From: an uncultured Peptococcaceae bacterium
GTDB lineage: Bacteria; Bacillota; Dehalobacteriia; UBA4068
NCBI GenBank assembly: GCA_949289995.1
Contig: CASEQE010000046.1
Location: forward strand, 1-63,017
DNA: 63,017 nt
Direction of reading: 5' to 3'
The translations under genes were made by a program, and so were the position numbers. How positions within the stretch are numbered: position 1 is the first letter of the stretch; every line of letters starts with the position of its first letter. The notes beneath the pieces were generated by a model. That model saw only the letters and a program-made list of their open reading frames with translations, had not been told where the DNA came from and did no database searches. Shown here piece by piece: positions 48,032-59,200 of the stretch.

Positions 48032-49120
48032 ATGAACGAATTGGAAAAAGCACGGCTGGAAATCGACGAAATCGACGGACAAATGGCCAAATTGTTTGAA
48101 CGCCGTATGCAGGCCGGGGAACAGGTGGCCCGTTATAAAACAGAGCATGCCCTGCCGGTTTTGGATCAGGTGCGGGAAAAAGAGATTCTGGACGGCCGTC
48201 CGGCGCTGATTGGCGACAGCGTGCTGCGGGAATATTATACCCAATTCTTACGGGAAACCATGCGCCTTTCCCGGGAATATCAGTCCCGGCTGGTGCAGGG
48301 AATGAAAATAGCCTATAGCGGCGTGGAAGGGGCTTTCGGACATATTGCCGCCAAAAAGCTGTTTCCCGGCGCCCAATGCACGCCTTGCGGCGATTTTGCC
48401 GACGCCTATCAGGCGGTGGAGAAGGGGGATTTCGATTGCGCCGTGTTGCCGGTGGAAAATAGTTATGCCGGGGAAGTGGGCGTGGTGATGGATTTGATTT
48501 TCTCCGGCTCTTTGTATATTAACCAAATGATCCTTTTGGATATCGTTCACAATTTGCTGGCCAATCCCGGCGCCACTTTGGACGGAATCAAAACCGTGGT
48601 CAGCCATCCCCAGGCGCTGGCGCAATGCGATGCATTTATCAAAGCCCACGGCTGGGATACCATTGCCTATGCCAATACCGCTTTGGCCGCCAAATATGTA
48701 CGGGAAAGCGGCGATCCAACCGTGGCGGCCATTGCTTCGGATGAAACCGCCCATATTTTTGGCCTGCATGTTTTGGAAAGCCATATTAACGCCAGCAAAA
48801 GCAATGCCACCCGCTTTGCCGTGTTTTCCCGGGCTCACAACTTGCCGTCGCCTTCCAGCAAAAACGAGAACGAGCATTTTATTTTGGTGTTCACCGTGCG
48901 CAACGAAGCCGGCGCTTTGGCAAAAACTTTGAATATCATCGGCGCCCACAATTTCAATATGCGGGCTTTGCGTAGCCGGCCGATGAAAGGATTGCTGTGG
49001 AATTATTATTTCTATATAGAAGCGGAAGGTAATATTAGCAGCCAAAACGGCCAGGATATGCTGCGGGAATTATCCGCTGTCTGCGCCCGTTTGCGTTTGG
49101 TGGGTACTTATCGTTATTAA
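48032..49120 (+). CDS. pheA: Bifunctional chorismate mutase/prephenate dehydratase
   Basis: AroQ-type CM (RLEIDEID...R...K...D..RE); PVENS, SHPQALAQC, NATRF; ACT domain. Confidence 0.93.
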   Translation: MNELEKARLEIDEIDGQMAKLFERRMQAGEQVARYKTEHALPVLDQVREKEILDGRPALIGDSVLREYYTQFLRETMRLSREYQSRLVQGMKIAYSGVEGAFGHIAAKKLFPGAQCTPCGDFADAYQAVEKGDFDCAVLPVENSYAGEVGVVMDLIFSGSLYINQMILLDIVHNLLANPGATLDGIKTVVSHPQALAQCDAFIKAHGWDTIAYANTALAAKYVRESGDPTVAAIASDETAHIFGLHVLESHINASKSNATRFAVFSRAHNLPSPSSKNENEHFILVFTVRNEAGALAKTLNIIGAHNFNMRALRSRPMKGLLWNYYFYIEAEGNISSQNGQDMLRELSAVCARLRLVGTYRY

Positions 49121-49206
49121 GGGAATCCTAATCAAGCAAAAATATCCGTTGCCGGCTGGGGAGTAGCCGGGAAAAGTCGGGGAAAGTCGGGGAAAGGAAG
49201 ACGCCA

Positions 49207-50217
49207 ATGAAGATTCGGGTAGATTTGGGCCGGGACGGCTATGATATTCTGTTGCAACCGGGAATTTTGTCCCAGGCCGGCCAGTACTTACAGCTGCAAC
49301 GCAAGGTTTTGTTGGTAACCGATGACGGCGTTCCGCCCGCCTATGTGGAGCAGGTTGCCGCCTGTTGCCGGGAGCCGGCGGTGGTTACCCTGCCCCAGGG
49401 GGAGGCCAGCAAAAGCATGGAATCCTATCAGCGGCTGCTGGCTGTGCTGTTGGAAAAAGGTTTTGGCCGGGGGGATTGCGTGACGGCGGTAGGCGGCGGC
49501 ATGGTAGGGGATTTAAGTGGTTTTGCCGCGGCTACCTATATGCGAGGCGTGGATTTCTACAATATTCCCACCACATTTTTATCCCAGGTGGATTCTTCTA
49601 TCGGCGGCAAAACCGCCGTGGATTTTCAAGGGGTAAAAAATGCCGTAGGCGCTTTCCATCAGCCGAAAAAAGTGTTGATTGACCCGGAAGTTTTGCAAAC
49701 CTTGGACAAAAGACAATTTCACGCCGGGGTAGCCGAATCCATCAAAATGGCATTGACTTTTGATGCGGATTTGTTTCGCCTGTTATGCGACGGTAAAGAG
49801 GATTGGGGCCGCTGGCAGGAAATCATCGGCCGTTCTTTGCTGGTGAAAAAAAAGGTGGTGGAAAGCGATCCTCAGGAAAAAGGTTTGCGGCGGGCGTTGA
49901 ATTTTGGCCATACTGTAGGGCACGCCATAGAAAGCCATGCCCAGGGTAAATTGCTTCATGGGGAATGTGTGGCTTTGGGTATGACGCTGATGTGCGGGCC
50001 GGCGGTTTTGCCCCAATTGGAAAAAGCATTGGCAAAATATGCTTTGCCCCGGCATATTCAGGCTACGGCGGCGGATTTGATGCCGTATTTGCTGCATGAT
50101 AAAAAAATGGATGCCGGCGGCTATGTGACCGGCGTATATGTGGAACAAATCGGCCAGTTTTCTTTTGTACGTTGGTCCGCCCAACAATGGCAAGCTTATT
50201 TGGAGGAACGGTTATGA
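49207..50217 (+). CDS. aroB: 3-dehydroquinate synthase
   Basis: GEASK, GGGMVGDLSGF, PTT..SQVDSSIGGK, LNFGHT, HGECV. Confidence 0.95.
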   Translation: MKIRVDLGRDGYDILLQPGILSQAGQYLQLQRKVLLVTDDGVPPAYVEQVAACCREPAVVTLPQGEASKSMESYQRLLAVLLEKGFGRGDCVTAVGGGMVGDLSGFAAATYMRGVDFYNIPTTFLSQVDSSIGGKTAVDFQGVKNAVGAFHQPKKVLIDPEVLQTLDKRQFHAGVAESIKMALTFDADLFRLLCDGKEDWGRWQEIIGRSLLVKKKVVESDPQEKGLRRALNFGHTVGHAIESHAQGKLLHGECVALGMTLMCGPAVLPQLEKALAKYALPRHIQATAADLMPYLLHDKKMDAGGYVTGVYVEQIGQFSFVRWSAQQWQAYLEERL

Positions 50218-51329
50218 AAAATACCTTTGGCCATAGCGTTTCTTTGACGCTTTTCGGTGAAAGCCACGGCCCGGCTATCGGCGGGGTGATTGATGGTCTG
50301 GCTCCGGGCATACCCGTAGACCCGCAGGCGATTCGCCGCCTGCTGGACCGGCGGCGGCCATCTACCGCTTTGGATACCTCCCGGCGGGAGGCGGATGATT
50401 TTCGTATACTTAGCGGCGTGTTTCAGGACAAAACCACCGGCACCCCTTTGTGTATTGTTTTGCCCAATCAGGATCAACGCAGCGGGGATTATGAAAAAAA
50501 CCGGGGGTTGGCCCGTCCTTCTCATGGGGATTACGCCGGGTTTTGCAAGTATCACGGCTATGAGGATTATCGGGGCGGCGGCCATTTTTCCGGCCGGGTT
50601 ACCGCGGCGTTGACGGCGTTGGGCGCAATACTACTAAGCGCTTTGTCCGGAATCGGCGTGAGCCTAGGCACCCATATTTTGCGTTGCGGCGGCGTGGAAG
50701 ACCGGGATTTCGTTGATCTAAAGCAGGATATCGCCTGGCTAAATCAGGCTTTTTTCCCGGTGTTGGAGGAAAGCCGCGGGGAACAAATGGCCGCGGCGAT
50801 TCTTGCCGCCAAAGAGGCGGGGGATAGCGTTGGCGGCGTGGTACAAACCGGGGTGATCGGTCTGCCGCCGGGTTTGGGAGAGCCTTGGTTTGACAGCGTA
50901 GAAGGTTTGCTTTCCCATGCCTTGTTCAGTATTGGCGGGATCAAGGGCGTGTCCTTTGGCGCCGGCTTCCAATTGGCTGAATGCCGAGGCAGCCAGGGCA
51001 ACGACGCCATGCGTATGGAGCAAGGCCGGGTGATTACCCTTACCAACCGCAACGGCGGCGTCAACGGCGGCATTACCAACGGTATGCCCGTGCTGTTTCA
51101 ATGCGCGGTAAAGCCCACGCCTTCCATTGCCCGGGAACAGCAGACGGTGAATTTTCTCACCGGGGAAAATGCAATTTTGCGCATTGGCGGCCGGCATGAT
51201 CCGGCGATTATCCGCCGCATTTGTCCGGTGGTGGACAGCGTTACCGCTTTGGTGCTTTGCGATTTGTTGGCGCAGCGTTTTGGCACGGACGTGTTTACGA
51301 AGGGGATAGCGGTATGCAATATGGATTGA
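50214..51329 (+). CDS. aroC: Chorismate synthase
   Basis: FGESHG, RPSHGD, GGGHFSGR, GDSVGG, KPTPSI, GRHDP. Confidence 0.95.
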   Translation: MKNTFGHSVSLTLFGESHGPAIGGVIDGLAPGIPVDPQAIRRLLDRRRPSTALDTSRREADDFRILSGVFQDKTTGTPLCIVLPNQDQRSGDYEKNRGLARPSHGDYAGFCKYHGYEDYRGGGHFSGRVTAALTALGAILLSALSGIGVSLGTHILRCGGVEDRDFVDLKQDIAWLNQAFFPVLEESRGEQMAAAILAAKEAGDSVGGVVQTGVIGLPPGLGEPWFDSVEGLLSHALFSIGGIKGVSFGAGFQLAECRGSQGNDAMRMEQGRVITLTNRNGGVNGGITNGMPVLFQCAVKPTPSIAREQQTVNFLTGENAILRIGGRHDPAIIRRICPVVDSVTALVLCDLLAQRFGTDVFTKGIAVCNMD

Positions 51330-52555
51330 TCGGCAAACGCCTGGGGCATAGTTTTTCCCAGGAAATACATGAAAGCATAGGCGATTATGGCTATCAATTG
51401 CAGGAATTGGCGCCGGAACAGCTGGCGGATTTTTTGCAACGGCGGCAATTTTGCGGGATTAACGTAACCATTCCCTATAAGGAACAGGTGATTCCTTTTT
51501 TGGACGTCCTTTCCCCTGCCGCCGCCCGCATCGGCGCTGTCAATACCATAGTCAACCGGGATGGAAAATTGTGGGGCTATAATACGGATTATGCGGGAGC
51601 TTTGGCCTGGATTCGCCGCCGGCAGGTAAATTGGCAGGGACAAAAGTTGTTGTTGTTGGGCAGCGGCGGCACCGCCAAAACCATGACCGCCGTAGGCGAG
51701 GCATTAGGGGCGGAGCCGATTCTTATCGTTTCCCGCAGCGGCCGGCAGGGAACGGTCACCTATGCGCAGGCGGCGGCGGAACATGGCGACGCCAAGGGGC
51801 TGATTAACGCCACCCCGGCGGGGATGTTTCCCGACAGCGAAGGGATGGCGGTGAATATAGCTTATTTTCCGCATCTTACGGCGGTATTTGATGCGGTATA
51901 TAATCCGCTGCGTACCAATTTGATCCTTGCCGCCGGGCAGCGGGGCCTGACGGCCTGCGGCGGTTTGTATATGCTGGCGGCCCAGGCGGTTTATGCCTCC
52001 CGGCTGTTTTTAGGCCAAGAGGAAGCGCCGTCGGCGGAATATATTGAAGAAGTATATCGCGGCGTACGCCGGGCCAAAGAAAATATAGTGCTGATCGGTA
52101 TGCCCTCCAGCGGTAAAACTTTGGTGGGAGGATTGCTGGCGGAAAAAACCGGCCGTCCCTTTTTCGACGCCGACGTTCAGTTGCAGCAACGGCAAGGGGA
52201 AACAGCGGATCAAATCATTCGTCGCCAGGGAGAAGCGGCGTTCCGGCAAATGGAAAAAGAAATCCTTCGCCAGCTGTCGGAAAAAACCGGTTGCATAATC
52301 GCTACCGGTGGCGGCGCGGTATTGGATGGGGAAAACATGGGGCGTCTGCGCCGCAACGGCCGGCTGTATTTTCTGGATCGGCCTTTGGCTCTATTGACCC
52401 CTACCGCCGACCGGCCCCTTTCCGCCGACCGCCAGGCCATGGAGGAACGTTATCGGCAGCGCTATCCTTTGTATTGCGCCGCCGCCGATGTGCGTATCCC
52501 CGCCGGCGAAGACGGGGAAAGGGTATGCAGGAAGATTTTGGAGGATTTTGCATAA
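51314..52555 (+). CDS. aroE: Fused shikimate dehydrogenase-shikimate kinase (AroE-AroK)
   Basis: HSFS..IH, NVTIPYK, GAVNT, NTDY, then GMPSSGKT, GEAAFR..E, ATGGG, RP. Confidence 0.92.
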   Translation: MQYGLIGKRLGHSFSQEIHESIGDYGYQLQELAPEQLADFLQRRQFCGINVTIPYKEQVIPFLDVLSPAAARIGAVNTIVNRDGKLWGYNTDYAGALAWIRRRQVNWQGQKLLLLGSGGTAKTMTAVGEALGAEPILIVSRSGRQGTVTYAQAAAEHGDAKGLINATPAGMFPDSEGMAVNIAYFPHLTAVFDAVYNPLRTNLILAAGQRGLTACGGLYMLAAQAVYASRLFLGQEEAPSAEYIEEVYRGVRRAKENIVLIGMPSSGKTLVGGLLAEKTGRPFFDADVQLQQRQGETADQIIRRQGEAAFRQMEKEILRQLSEKTGCIIATGGGAVLDGENMGRLRRNGRLYFLDRPLALLTPTADRPLSADRQAMEERYRQRYPLYCAAADVRIPAGEDGERVCRKILEDFA

Positions 52556-53013
52556 TGCGGATATTGGTAATCAACGGGCCCAATTTGAATTTATTGGGTA
52601 TACGGGAACCGGATATTTACGGCAAAGAAGATTATAATAGCCTGCTGCGGCAAATTGCCGCTTATGCCGAGGAAATCGGCGTGGATGTGCAATTTTTTCA
52701 GTCCAATCATGAAGGGGCGATTGTCGACGCCATTCAAGACGCTTATTTTCAGGGAATAGACGGTATTGTTATCAATCCTGCCGCCTATACGCATACCAGC
52801 GTCGCTATTGCCGACGCTTTAAAGGCGGTGTCTCTGCCCGGGGTGGAAGTGCATATTTCCCCGGTGGAAAAACGGGAGTCCTTTCGCCAAATCAGTTATG
52901 TGCGGGATTGGGCTTTGGCCACGGTTTCCGGCAGGGGATTTGCCGGCTATTTGCAGGCTTTGGATATTTTAAAAGCGCATTTGGAGGGCAAAGCATATGC
53001 AAGTGGAGATTAA
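52555..53013 (+). CDS. aroQ: Type II 3-dehydroquinate dehydratase
   Basis: INGPNLNLLGIREP.IYG, QSNHEG, NPAAYTHTS, EVHIS; TAATG coupling to the upstream gene. Confidence 0.95.
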   Translation: MRILVINGPNLNLLGIREPDIYGKEDYNSLLRQIAAYAEEIGVDVQFFQSNHEGAIVDAIQDAYFQGIDGIVINPAAYTHTSVAIADALKAVSLPGVEVHISPVEKRESFRQISYVRDWALATVSGRGFAGYLQALDILKAHLEGKAYASGD

Positions 53014-54205
53014 AGCGGGCCATCCCCGGGGGACGGTGGCGGCGCCGCCTTCCAAAAGCTATGCCCATCGTTTGTTGATCGGCGCAGCTTTGGCGGCAGG
53101 GGAAAGCGCATTGCAGGGGATAGCCATGAGCCAGGATGTGGAAGCGACTTTGCGCTGTTTGGCGGCGCTGGGCGCCGGTTACCGGCTGGAAGGCGATGCA
53201 TTGTATGTTTTGGGCTGCGGCGGCAAGCCGGCGGCCAAGGAACCGTTGCTTTGCGGCGAAAGCGGCAGCACCCTGCGATTTCTTTTGCCAGTGGCCTTGC
53301 TGGGCGGCGGGGAAATCCGCTTTTGCGGTACGGAAAGGTTGATGGCGCGCGGCGTCGGCGTGTATCAGGAAATTTTCGCTCCCCAAGGGGTTGATTTTTG
53401 TCAGAAAAGCGATACACTGCAAGTGCGAGGCGCTTTGAAATCAGGGGTTTACCGGCCCCGCGGGGATGTGAGTAGTCAATTTATCTCCGGTTTGTTGTTT
53501 GCTTTGCCACTATTGGCGGAGGATAGCCGGGTAGAAATGCAGCCGCCGGTAGAAAGCCGGGCTTATATCGGCCTGACTTTGGACGTATTGCGGCGTTGCG
53601 GCATATCCATCCTGCCCCAGGGGGAAAACGCTTTCGCCGTTGCCGGCGGACAGCATTATCAGGGCGGATGTTTTTCGGTGGAAGGGGATTGGTCCAACGC
53701 CGCTTTTTTCTACGCGCTGAACGCTTTAGGCGGGGAAGTGCAGGTGACCGGTTTAAATCCCCATAGTTTGCAAGGAGATCGGCTATGCGTGGAAATGCTG
53801 GCGGCTTTGGAAAAACCCGGCGCGGAGTTGGATTTATCCAATTGCCCTGATTTGGGCCCGGTGCTTTTTGCCGTGGCCGCCGCCAAACATGGCGCGGGTT
53901 TTTATGGCACCAAACGTTTGGCGATCAAAGAAAGCGACCGGGTGCAGGCGATGATGGAGGAGTTGGCTAAATTTGGCGTGGACGGGGTAATCGGCGAAAA
54001 TAGCGTGGAAATCAGCGGCGGGAAATTTTCCCCACCTTGCCAGCCTTTGCAGGGACATAACGATCATCGTATCGTTATGGCTTTGTCGGTGTTGGCCGCC
54101 TTTACCGGCGGCATAATCCAAGGGGCGGAGGCGGTGAACAAAAGTTTCGGCGGTTTTTTCCAGGCTCTGAGCCAACTGGGATTGGAGGTGTGCTATGGAG
54201 ATTGA
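52997..54205 (+). CDS. aroA: EPSP synthase
   Basis: PPSKS..HR, ESGSTLRF, SSQFISGLL, EGDWS, KESDR, DHRIVM. Confidence 0.95.
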   Translation: MQVEIKAGHPRGTVAAPPSKSYAHRLLIGAALAAGESALQGIAMSQDVEATLRCLAALGAGYRLEGDALYVLGCGGKPAAKEPLLCGESGSTLRFLLPVALLGGGEIRFCGTERLMARGVGVYQEIFAPQGVDFCQKSDTLQVRGALKSGVYRPRGDVSSQFISGLLFALPLLAEDSRVEMQPPVESRAYIGLTLDVLRRCGISILPQGENAFAVAGGQHYQGGCFSVEGDWSNAAFFYALNALGGEVQVTGLNPHSLQGDRLCVEMLAALEKPGAELDLSNCPDLGPVLFAVAAAKHGAGFYGTKRLAIKESDRVQAMMEELAKFGVDGVIGENSVEISGGKFSPPCQPLQGHNDHRIVMALSVLAAFTGGIIQGAEAVNKSFGGFFQALSQLGLEVCYGD

Positions 54206-55049
54206 TAAAAGCCAAAAAATACTGGTGGTGGGGCTGGGCTTGATCGGCGGCAGCTATGCCCAGGCCCTAAGCGACCAAGGCTATGAAGTGGGCGCCATCA
54301 CCAAGGAAGCGTCGGATTTGCAATTTGCTTTATCCCGGGGAATGATCCGCCATGGCCATACCCAGGTGGATGGGGATTATGTAGGCGGTTTCGACGTGGT
54401 GATTTTTGCCCTTTATCCCCATGTGTTTTTGCAATGGCTAAAAGACTATCAACATTTGTTGAAGCCCGGCGCTTTGCTAACCGACGTCACCGGCGTAAAA
54501 GTGCCGGTGGTCTACCCGGTGCAGCAAATGCTACGGCCGGATGTGGAATTTATCGCCGCCCATCCCATGGCCGGCCGGGAATGTTGCGGCGTGGTCAATG
54601 CCGACAAAGCCATTTTTAACGACGCCAATTATATTGTCGTCCCAACGGCGGCCAATCGCCAGGAGGCTGTGGAGTGGTGCAAGTCTTTAGGCCGGGTATT
54701 GGGGTTTAAGCGTATTTCCGTTCTTTCTGCGGAAGAACATGACCAGATGATCGCTTTTCTTTCCCAACTGACCCATTGTATTGCCATTTCCCTGATGACT
54801 TGCAACAATTCTCACCATCTGAAGGATTATACCGGCGATTCTTTTCGCGATTTAACCCGCATTGCCAAAATCAACGAAGAAATGTGGAGCGAATTGTTTC
54901 TTTTGAACAAAGAGGAACTTTTGCGGCAAATGGATATTTTTATCGACAAGTTTATGCTGTTGCGCAATGATTTGGCAGCGGAAAATGTAACGGAAATAAA
55001 GAATATGATGCGGCAATCTACCGCCAATCGAGCATATTTTGATCAATAA
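54195..55049 (+). CDS. tyrA: Prephenate dehydrogenase
   Basis: GLGLIGGS, DVTGVK, HPMAG, HDQ..A..SQLTH, FRDLTRIA. Confidence 0.93.
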   Translation: MEIDKSQKILVVGLGLIGGSYAQALSDQGYEVGAITKEASDLQFALSRGMIRHGHTQVDGDYVGGFDVVIFALYPHVFLQWLKDYQHLLKPGALLTDVTGVKVPVVYPVQQMLRPDVEFIAAHPMAGRECCGVVNADKAIFNDANYIVVPTAANRQEAVEWCKSLGRVLGFKRISVLSAEEHDQMIAFLSQLTHCIAISLMTCNNSHHLKDYTGDSFRDLTRIAKINEEMWSELFLLNKEELLRQMDIFIDKFMLLRNDLAAENVTEIKNMMRQSTANRAYFDQ

Positions 55050-55064
55050 AGGAGCGTTATCGCG

Positions 55065-56096
55065 ATGATTAATATGGAATTCAAACGCAAATTGCCCACT
55101 CCCCAGGAAATTATCAGTATGTATCCATTATCGGAAAGCCTGGCCCGGCAAAAAGAAAAAAATGATGAAGAAATACAAAAAGTGTTCCGTGGAGAAAGCG
55201 ACAAACTGATTTTGATCATCGGCCCTTGTTCCGCCGACCGGGAAGATTCGGTTTTGGACTATATATCCCGTTTGCGGGGGGTACAGGAGCAGGTGAAGGA
55301 TAAAATCCTCATTATTCCTCGGATTTATACCAATAAACCCCGCACCACCGGCGCCGGTTATAAGGGTATGTTGCACCAAACCGACCCCAACGGTTCCCCG
55401 GATATGCTCAAAGGGCTGATTGCCATTCGCAAACTGCATATCAAATCCTTGGAACAAACCGGGTTTTCCGGGGCGGATGAAATGCTCTATCCGGAAAATC
55501 ACCGCTATTTGGCGGATATTTTGTCCTATGTGGCGGTAGGCGCCCGTTCGGTGGAAAACCAGCAGCACCGGCTTACCGCCAGCGGCTTGGATTTGCCGGT
55601 GGGTATGAAAAACCCCACCAGCGGCGATTTGTCGGTGATGATCAACGCCATCAATGCGGCGCAACACGGCCATACCTTTGAATATGGCGGCTGGGAAGTG
55701 GCCAGCAAAGGCAATGCTTTGGCCCATGCGGTGCTTCGGGGATATGTGAATCAACACGGGCAATCCCATCCCAATTATCATTATGAGGATTTGATTTTGC
55801 TTTGTCAGGCCTACAGCGACAGTGGGCTGAAAAACCCGGCGGTGATTGTAGATGTAAATCATGCCAATTCCGGCAAAAAATGGTGGGAACAAACCCGCAT
55901 TGCCAAAGAAATTCTGCATAGTATGCGCCATTCGCCGGATGTAAACCGTTTGGTGAAAGGCTTAATGATCGAATCCTATATCGAAGACGGCTGCCAAAAG
56001 GCGGAAGAGGGGATTTACGGCAAATCCATCACCGATCCCTGCTTGGGCTGGGAAAAAACTCGACGGCTGATTCTGGATATTGCCGATTTGCGTTAA
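55065..56096 (+). CDS. DAHP synthase, class I-alpha
   Basis: IIGPCS, KPRTT..GYKG, VGARS, KNPTSG, HANSGK, MIES, SITDPC. Confidence 0.93.
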   Translation: MINMEFKRKLPTPQEIISMYPLSESLARQKEKNDEEIQKVFRGESDKLILIIGPCSADREDSVLDYISRLRGVQEQVKDKILIIPRIYTNKPRTTGAGYKGMLHQTDPNGSPDMLKGLIAIRKLHIKSLEQTGFSGADEMLYPENHRYLADILSYVAVGARSVENQQHRLTASGLDLPVGMKNPTSGDLSVMINAINAAQHGHTFEYGGWEVASKGNALAHAVLRGYVNQHGQSHPNYHYEDLILLCQAYSDSGLKNPAVIVDVNHANSGKKWWEQTRIAKEILHSMRHSPDVNRLVKGLMIESYIEDGCQKAEEGIYGKSITDPCLGWEKTRRLILDIADLR

Positions 56097-56201
56097 AACC
56101 AAAGGGACTCTCCCCTTGCGGACAAAAAGCCGGCGGCGGATACCAGGGATAAGCCGGCAAAACCATCCCTGCATACCCGGCGCAGGATATATCTTGCAAC
56201 A

Positions 56202-56233
56202 AAAAGGGCGCCCCTTTTCGGGGGCGCCCTTTT
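56202..56233. terminator. Bidirectional terminator between convergent genes
   Basis: AAAAGGGCGCCCC-loop-GGGGCGCCCTTTT. Confidence 0.87.
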
Positions 56234-56252
56234 GATCGTTTTTTCGATTCGT

Positions 56253-59200
56253 TTATTTTACGATATTTTGGCAAAAATGCATGAGTATTTGCGCCGCTTG
56301 GGCCCGGGTGGCATAGCCTTGGGGATTGAGTGTGCCGTCGCCCATACCGCTGATCAACCCGGCGTTTACCGCCCAGGCCATGCTTTCCACAGCCCAGGAG
56401 GAAATGGCTTCATAGTCGGCAAATTCCCGGATCGCCATGCCGCCTTGGCTGACGTCATAGGCCTTATACTGGGCGTAGCGGTAAAGGATAGCCGCCAGCT
56501 GCTCCCGGGTGATGGAATCCCCAGGGCCGAACAGGCCGCCGCCATAGCCTTCCACGATATGGTTTTGGTTAGCCCAGATGATGGCAGGTTGATAATAGCT
56601 GCCCTGGGCCACGTCGGTAAAGGGGCAGGCGGCGGTGATACCCGGCTGGCCTTCCAGGCGATAGAGAATGGTAACGATCATCCCCCGGCTGATGGCCAGA
56701 TTCGGGCTAAAGCTGGCGTTGCCGGTGCCGTTCATCAGGCCGTTTTCATAGACGAAGCGAACCGCCGGGGCATACCAGGCGTTTTCCGCCACGTCGGCAA
56801 AGGGTGAAGCGTTTTCAGCGGCTGTCGGGACGAAGCCCGCTTTGACGGTGGCTTGGCCGTCGGGCATACGGAAGGTATATACGCCGTCGCCTTGGTTGCT
56901 GAGTTTTAGCTCGTCGCCGTTTTTATCGCAAACGGATATTTCTTCCAGAGCATAGCCTTGGTCGGCTTTAACGGTCAGGGTAATGGTTTCACCGGCTTCC
57001 GCCCGTTGGGGAGAGGCGGTGATTTTACCGTGTTCCATATGGGTTACCCAGACGATATCTCCCCGGTAGTCGCTGGAAGAATCGTCCCTTTGAGGCGGCA
57101 CATAGGTGTTCAGATCGCTAGGGCGCATGCTGGGTTGGGTGTAATATTCATCGCTACCGCTGGTTAAATCCCGTATTTCATCGGGGATTTGCGTTTGGTT
57201 GGGCTGACCACCGCCCCAATAGTTTTTGGCAACGTTCACGGGGCTGATACCGGAAACAATTTCCAAATAGCTGTCCGGAGAAATATTGTTTTGGGAAAAT
57301 ACTTGCGGTGCGTCATAGAATTTGATACGGCTGCCTTGGCTAAACGTATTGCCGGAGATGGTTTGCGTGGGATGCATGATGTTTAGCTTACCGCCGCTGA
57401 CAGTGTTTTCGGTAAATTCCGTATGTTGCGGATAGAGAATGGCTACATAGTTGCAACCGCTAAATTGGCACTGGGAAACAATCAGATTTTCCAGTTTGGA
57501 TTTGCCGCCGCTGTTGGCGATAGGCTCGCTGCCGATGGCGTATTGACAATTTTCAAATTGGCAATCGTAGATGGAGACGGTTTCCTCCTCGTTGTCGCTG
57601 CCGCCGGCGAAAATGCCGTAGCTCACATGGTTGCTGCCGATGATTTTTACATGGACAAAGCGGTCGCCGCCGGCGGCGTTAAAGGCACGGAACCCTTGGG
57701 CGGCGGATTCTTTGTCGATAGCCGACAAATCCACGATTAGATTTTGGAACAAATTGTCGCCGTTGGAATGGAATACGGCGTCATGGTTTTCCTTGCTTTC
57801 AATGGCGTTTACTTTCAGGGTATGGTTTTTGCCGTCCAGGACGATGCCTTGTACGTTCCAAATCATTTGCCATACGTCCGCCTCCACGTCGTTGAGCATG
57901 ATCACGGTTTGTCCCGGTTGGGCGGTTTTCACCGCGGTGGCCAGGGAGGCGTATTTTTGATCCTCCAGTTGCCCTTGCCAAGCCGGGGTATTGTCTTGAA
58001 TATGGTTTTTCCCTTGCGTAGCGGCGTTATGATAAACGTACAAATCTTTGCAGGAACCGTTGACGGAAATGTTTTCCCAGCGGGTGGAGGATACGTTGTT
58101 AAAAATGGTAATGTCATGCTGGGGAATATCGCCGATCGCGGTTTCGGTAAATTGCAGATTGCCGGCGATACCGGCGGCGAAAGTGGCGCCGGAAATGGCG
58201 GCGGCGGCGTTTTCATTGCCGGTAACCATAATGGCGTTATAAACGGTGCCGATGATGCCGCCGCCGTCGTTGCCGCCTTGGATAGCGCCTAGATTGCGGT
58301 TATTGGACACTTGGATGATTTCTTTGCGGGGATAGTCGCTTTCGCTGCCGCTATAGCGTACCCAGCCGACGATGCCGCCGGTGCCGTAGGCGTTGGAATC
58401 GTTGACGATATCGGCCTGGTTTTCACAATCGGTTATGCTGCCGACGTTTTGTTGTTCGCCGGCAATACCGCCGACGCTAAAACCCGCGCCTTTCACGGCG
58501 GCGCTGTTTAGGCATTGGCTGACATCGGCTGCGGATAGACCGACGATGCCGCCTACTACCGTTACGCCGAGGATTTCGCCATGGTTTTCGCAGCCGCTGA
58601 TACGCATATCCGCGCCGTTTTCGCTATAATAGGCGGCGCCGACAATACCGCCTACATTGCCGCTGGCGCTGGTGCCGGTAATCTTGGCTTCGTTGATACA
58701 ATCGATGATGGCGCCGTCGGCGATCAGCCGGCCGGCGATGCCGCCGTTGCCCCGGGCGGCGGAAATGGCGCCGGAAACGGAAATGGCGTTGGCCTGGGCG
58801 CCGTTGACCATCAAGCCGATGGCGCCGCCTACGCATTGGCCGTTAGCTACTTGGATGTTTACCTGGGATAGATGAAGATTTTTCACCGCGCCCCCGTCTA
58901 CCACGCCGAAAAGGCCGATGGCGTCGTTGACGTTGGCCGCGTCGGCGGTAATGGTTAGCTGGGATATGGTTTGGTTATTGCCGTCGAACGTCCCTTGGAA
59001 AGCGGCGCCGCTATAGGTTTTGCCGTTGCGGGCTCCGTCGCCGATCGGCGTCCATTCCTGGCCGGAAAGGTTATAGTCCGCCGCTTCCAGCCGGATATGT
59101 AGGCCGGCATAGGTTACGCCTCGATTGACGCTATCCCGGAAAGCCGCCAATTGCGTCACATCGGCAATACGATAGGGATCGTTGGCGCTACCGCTGCCGC

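Noticed and set aside
49169-49198. GGGGAAAGTC mini-repeat between pheA and aroB; similar short duplication at 386-417
   Set aside because: Two to three copies only; most simply local slippage
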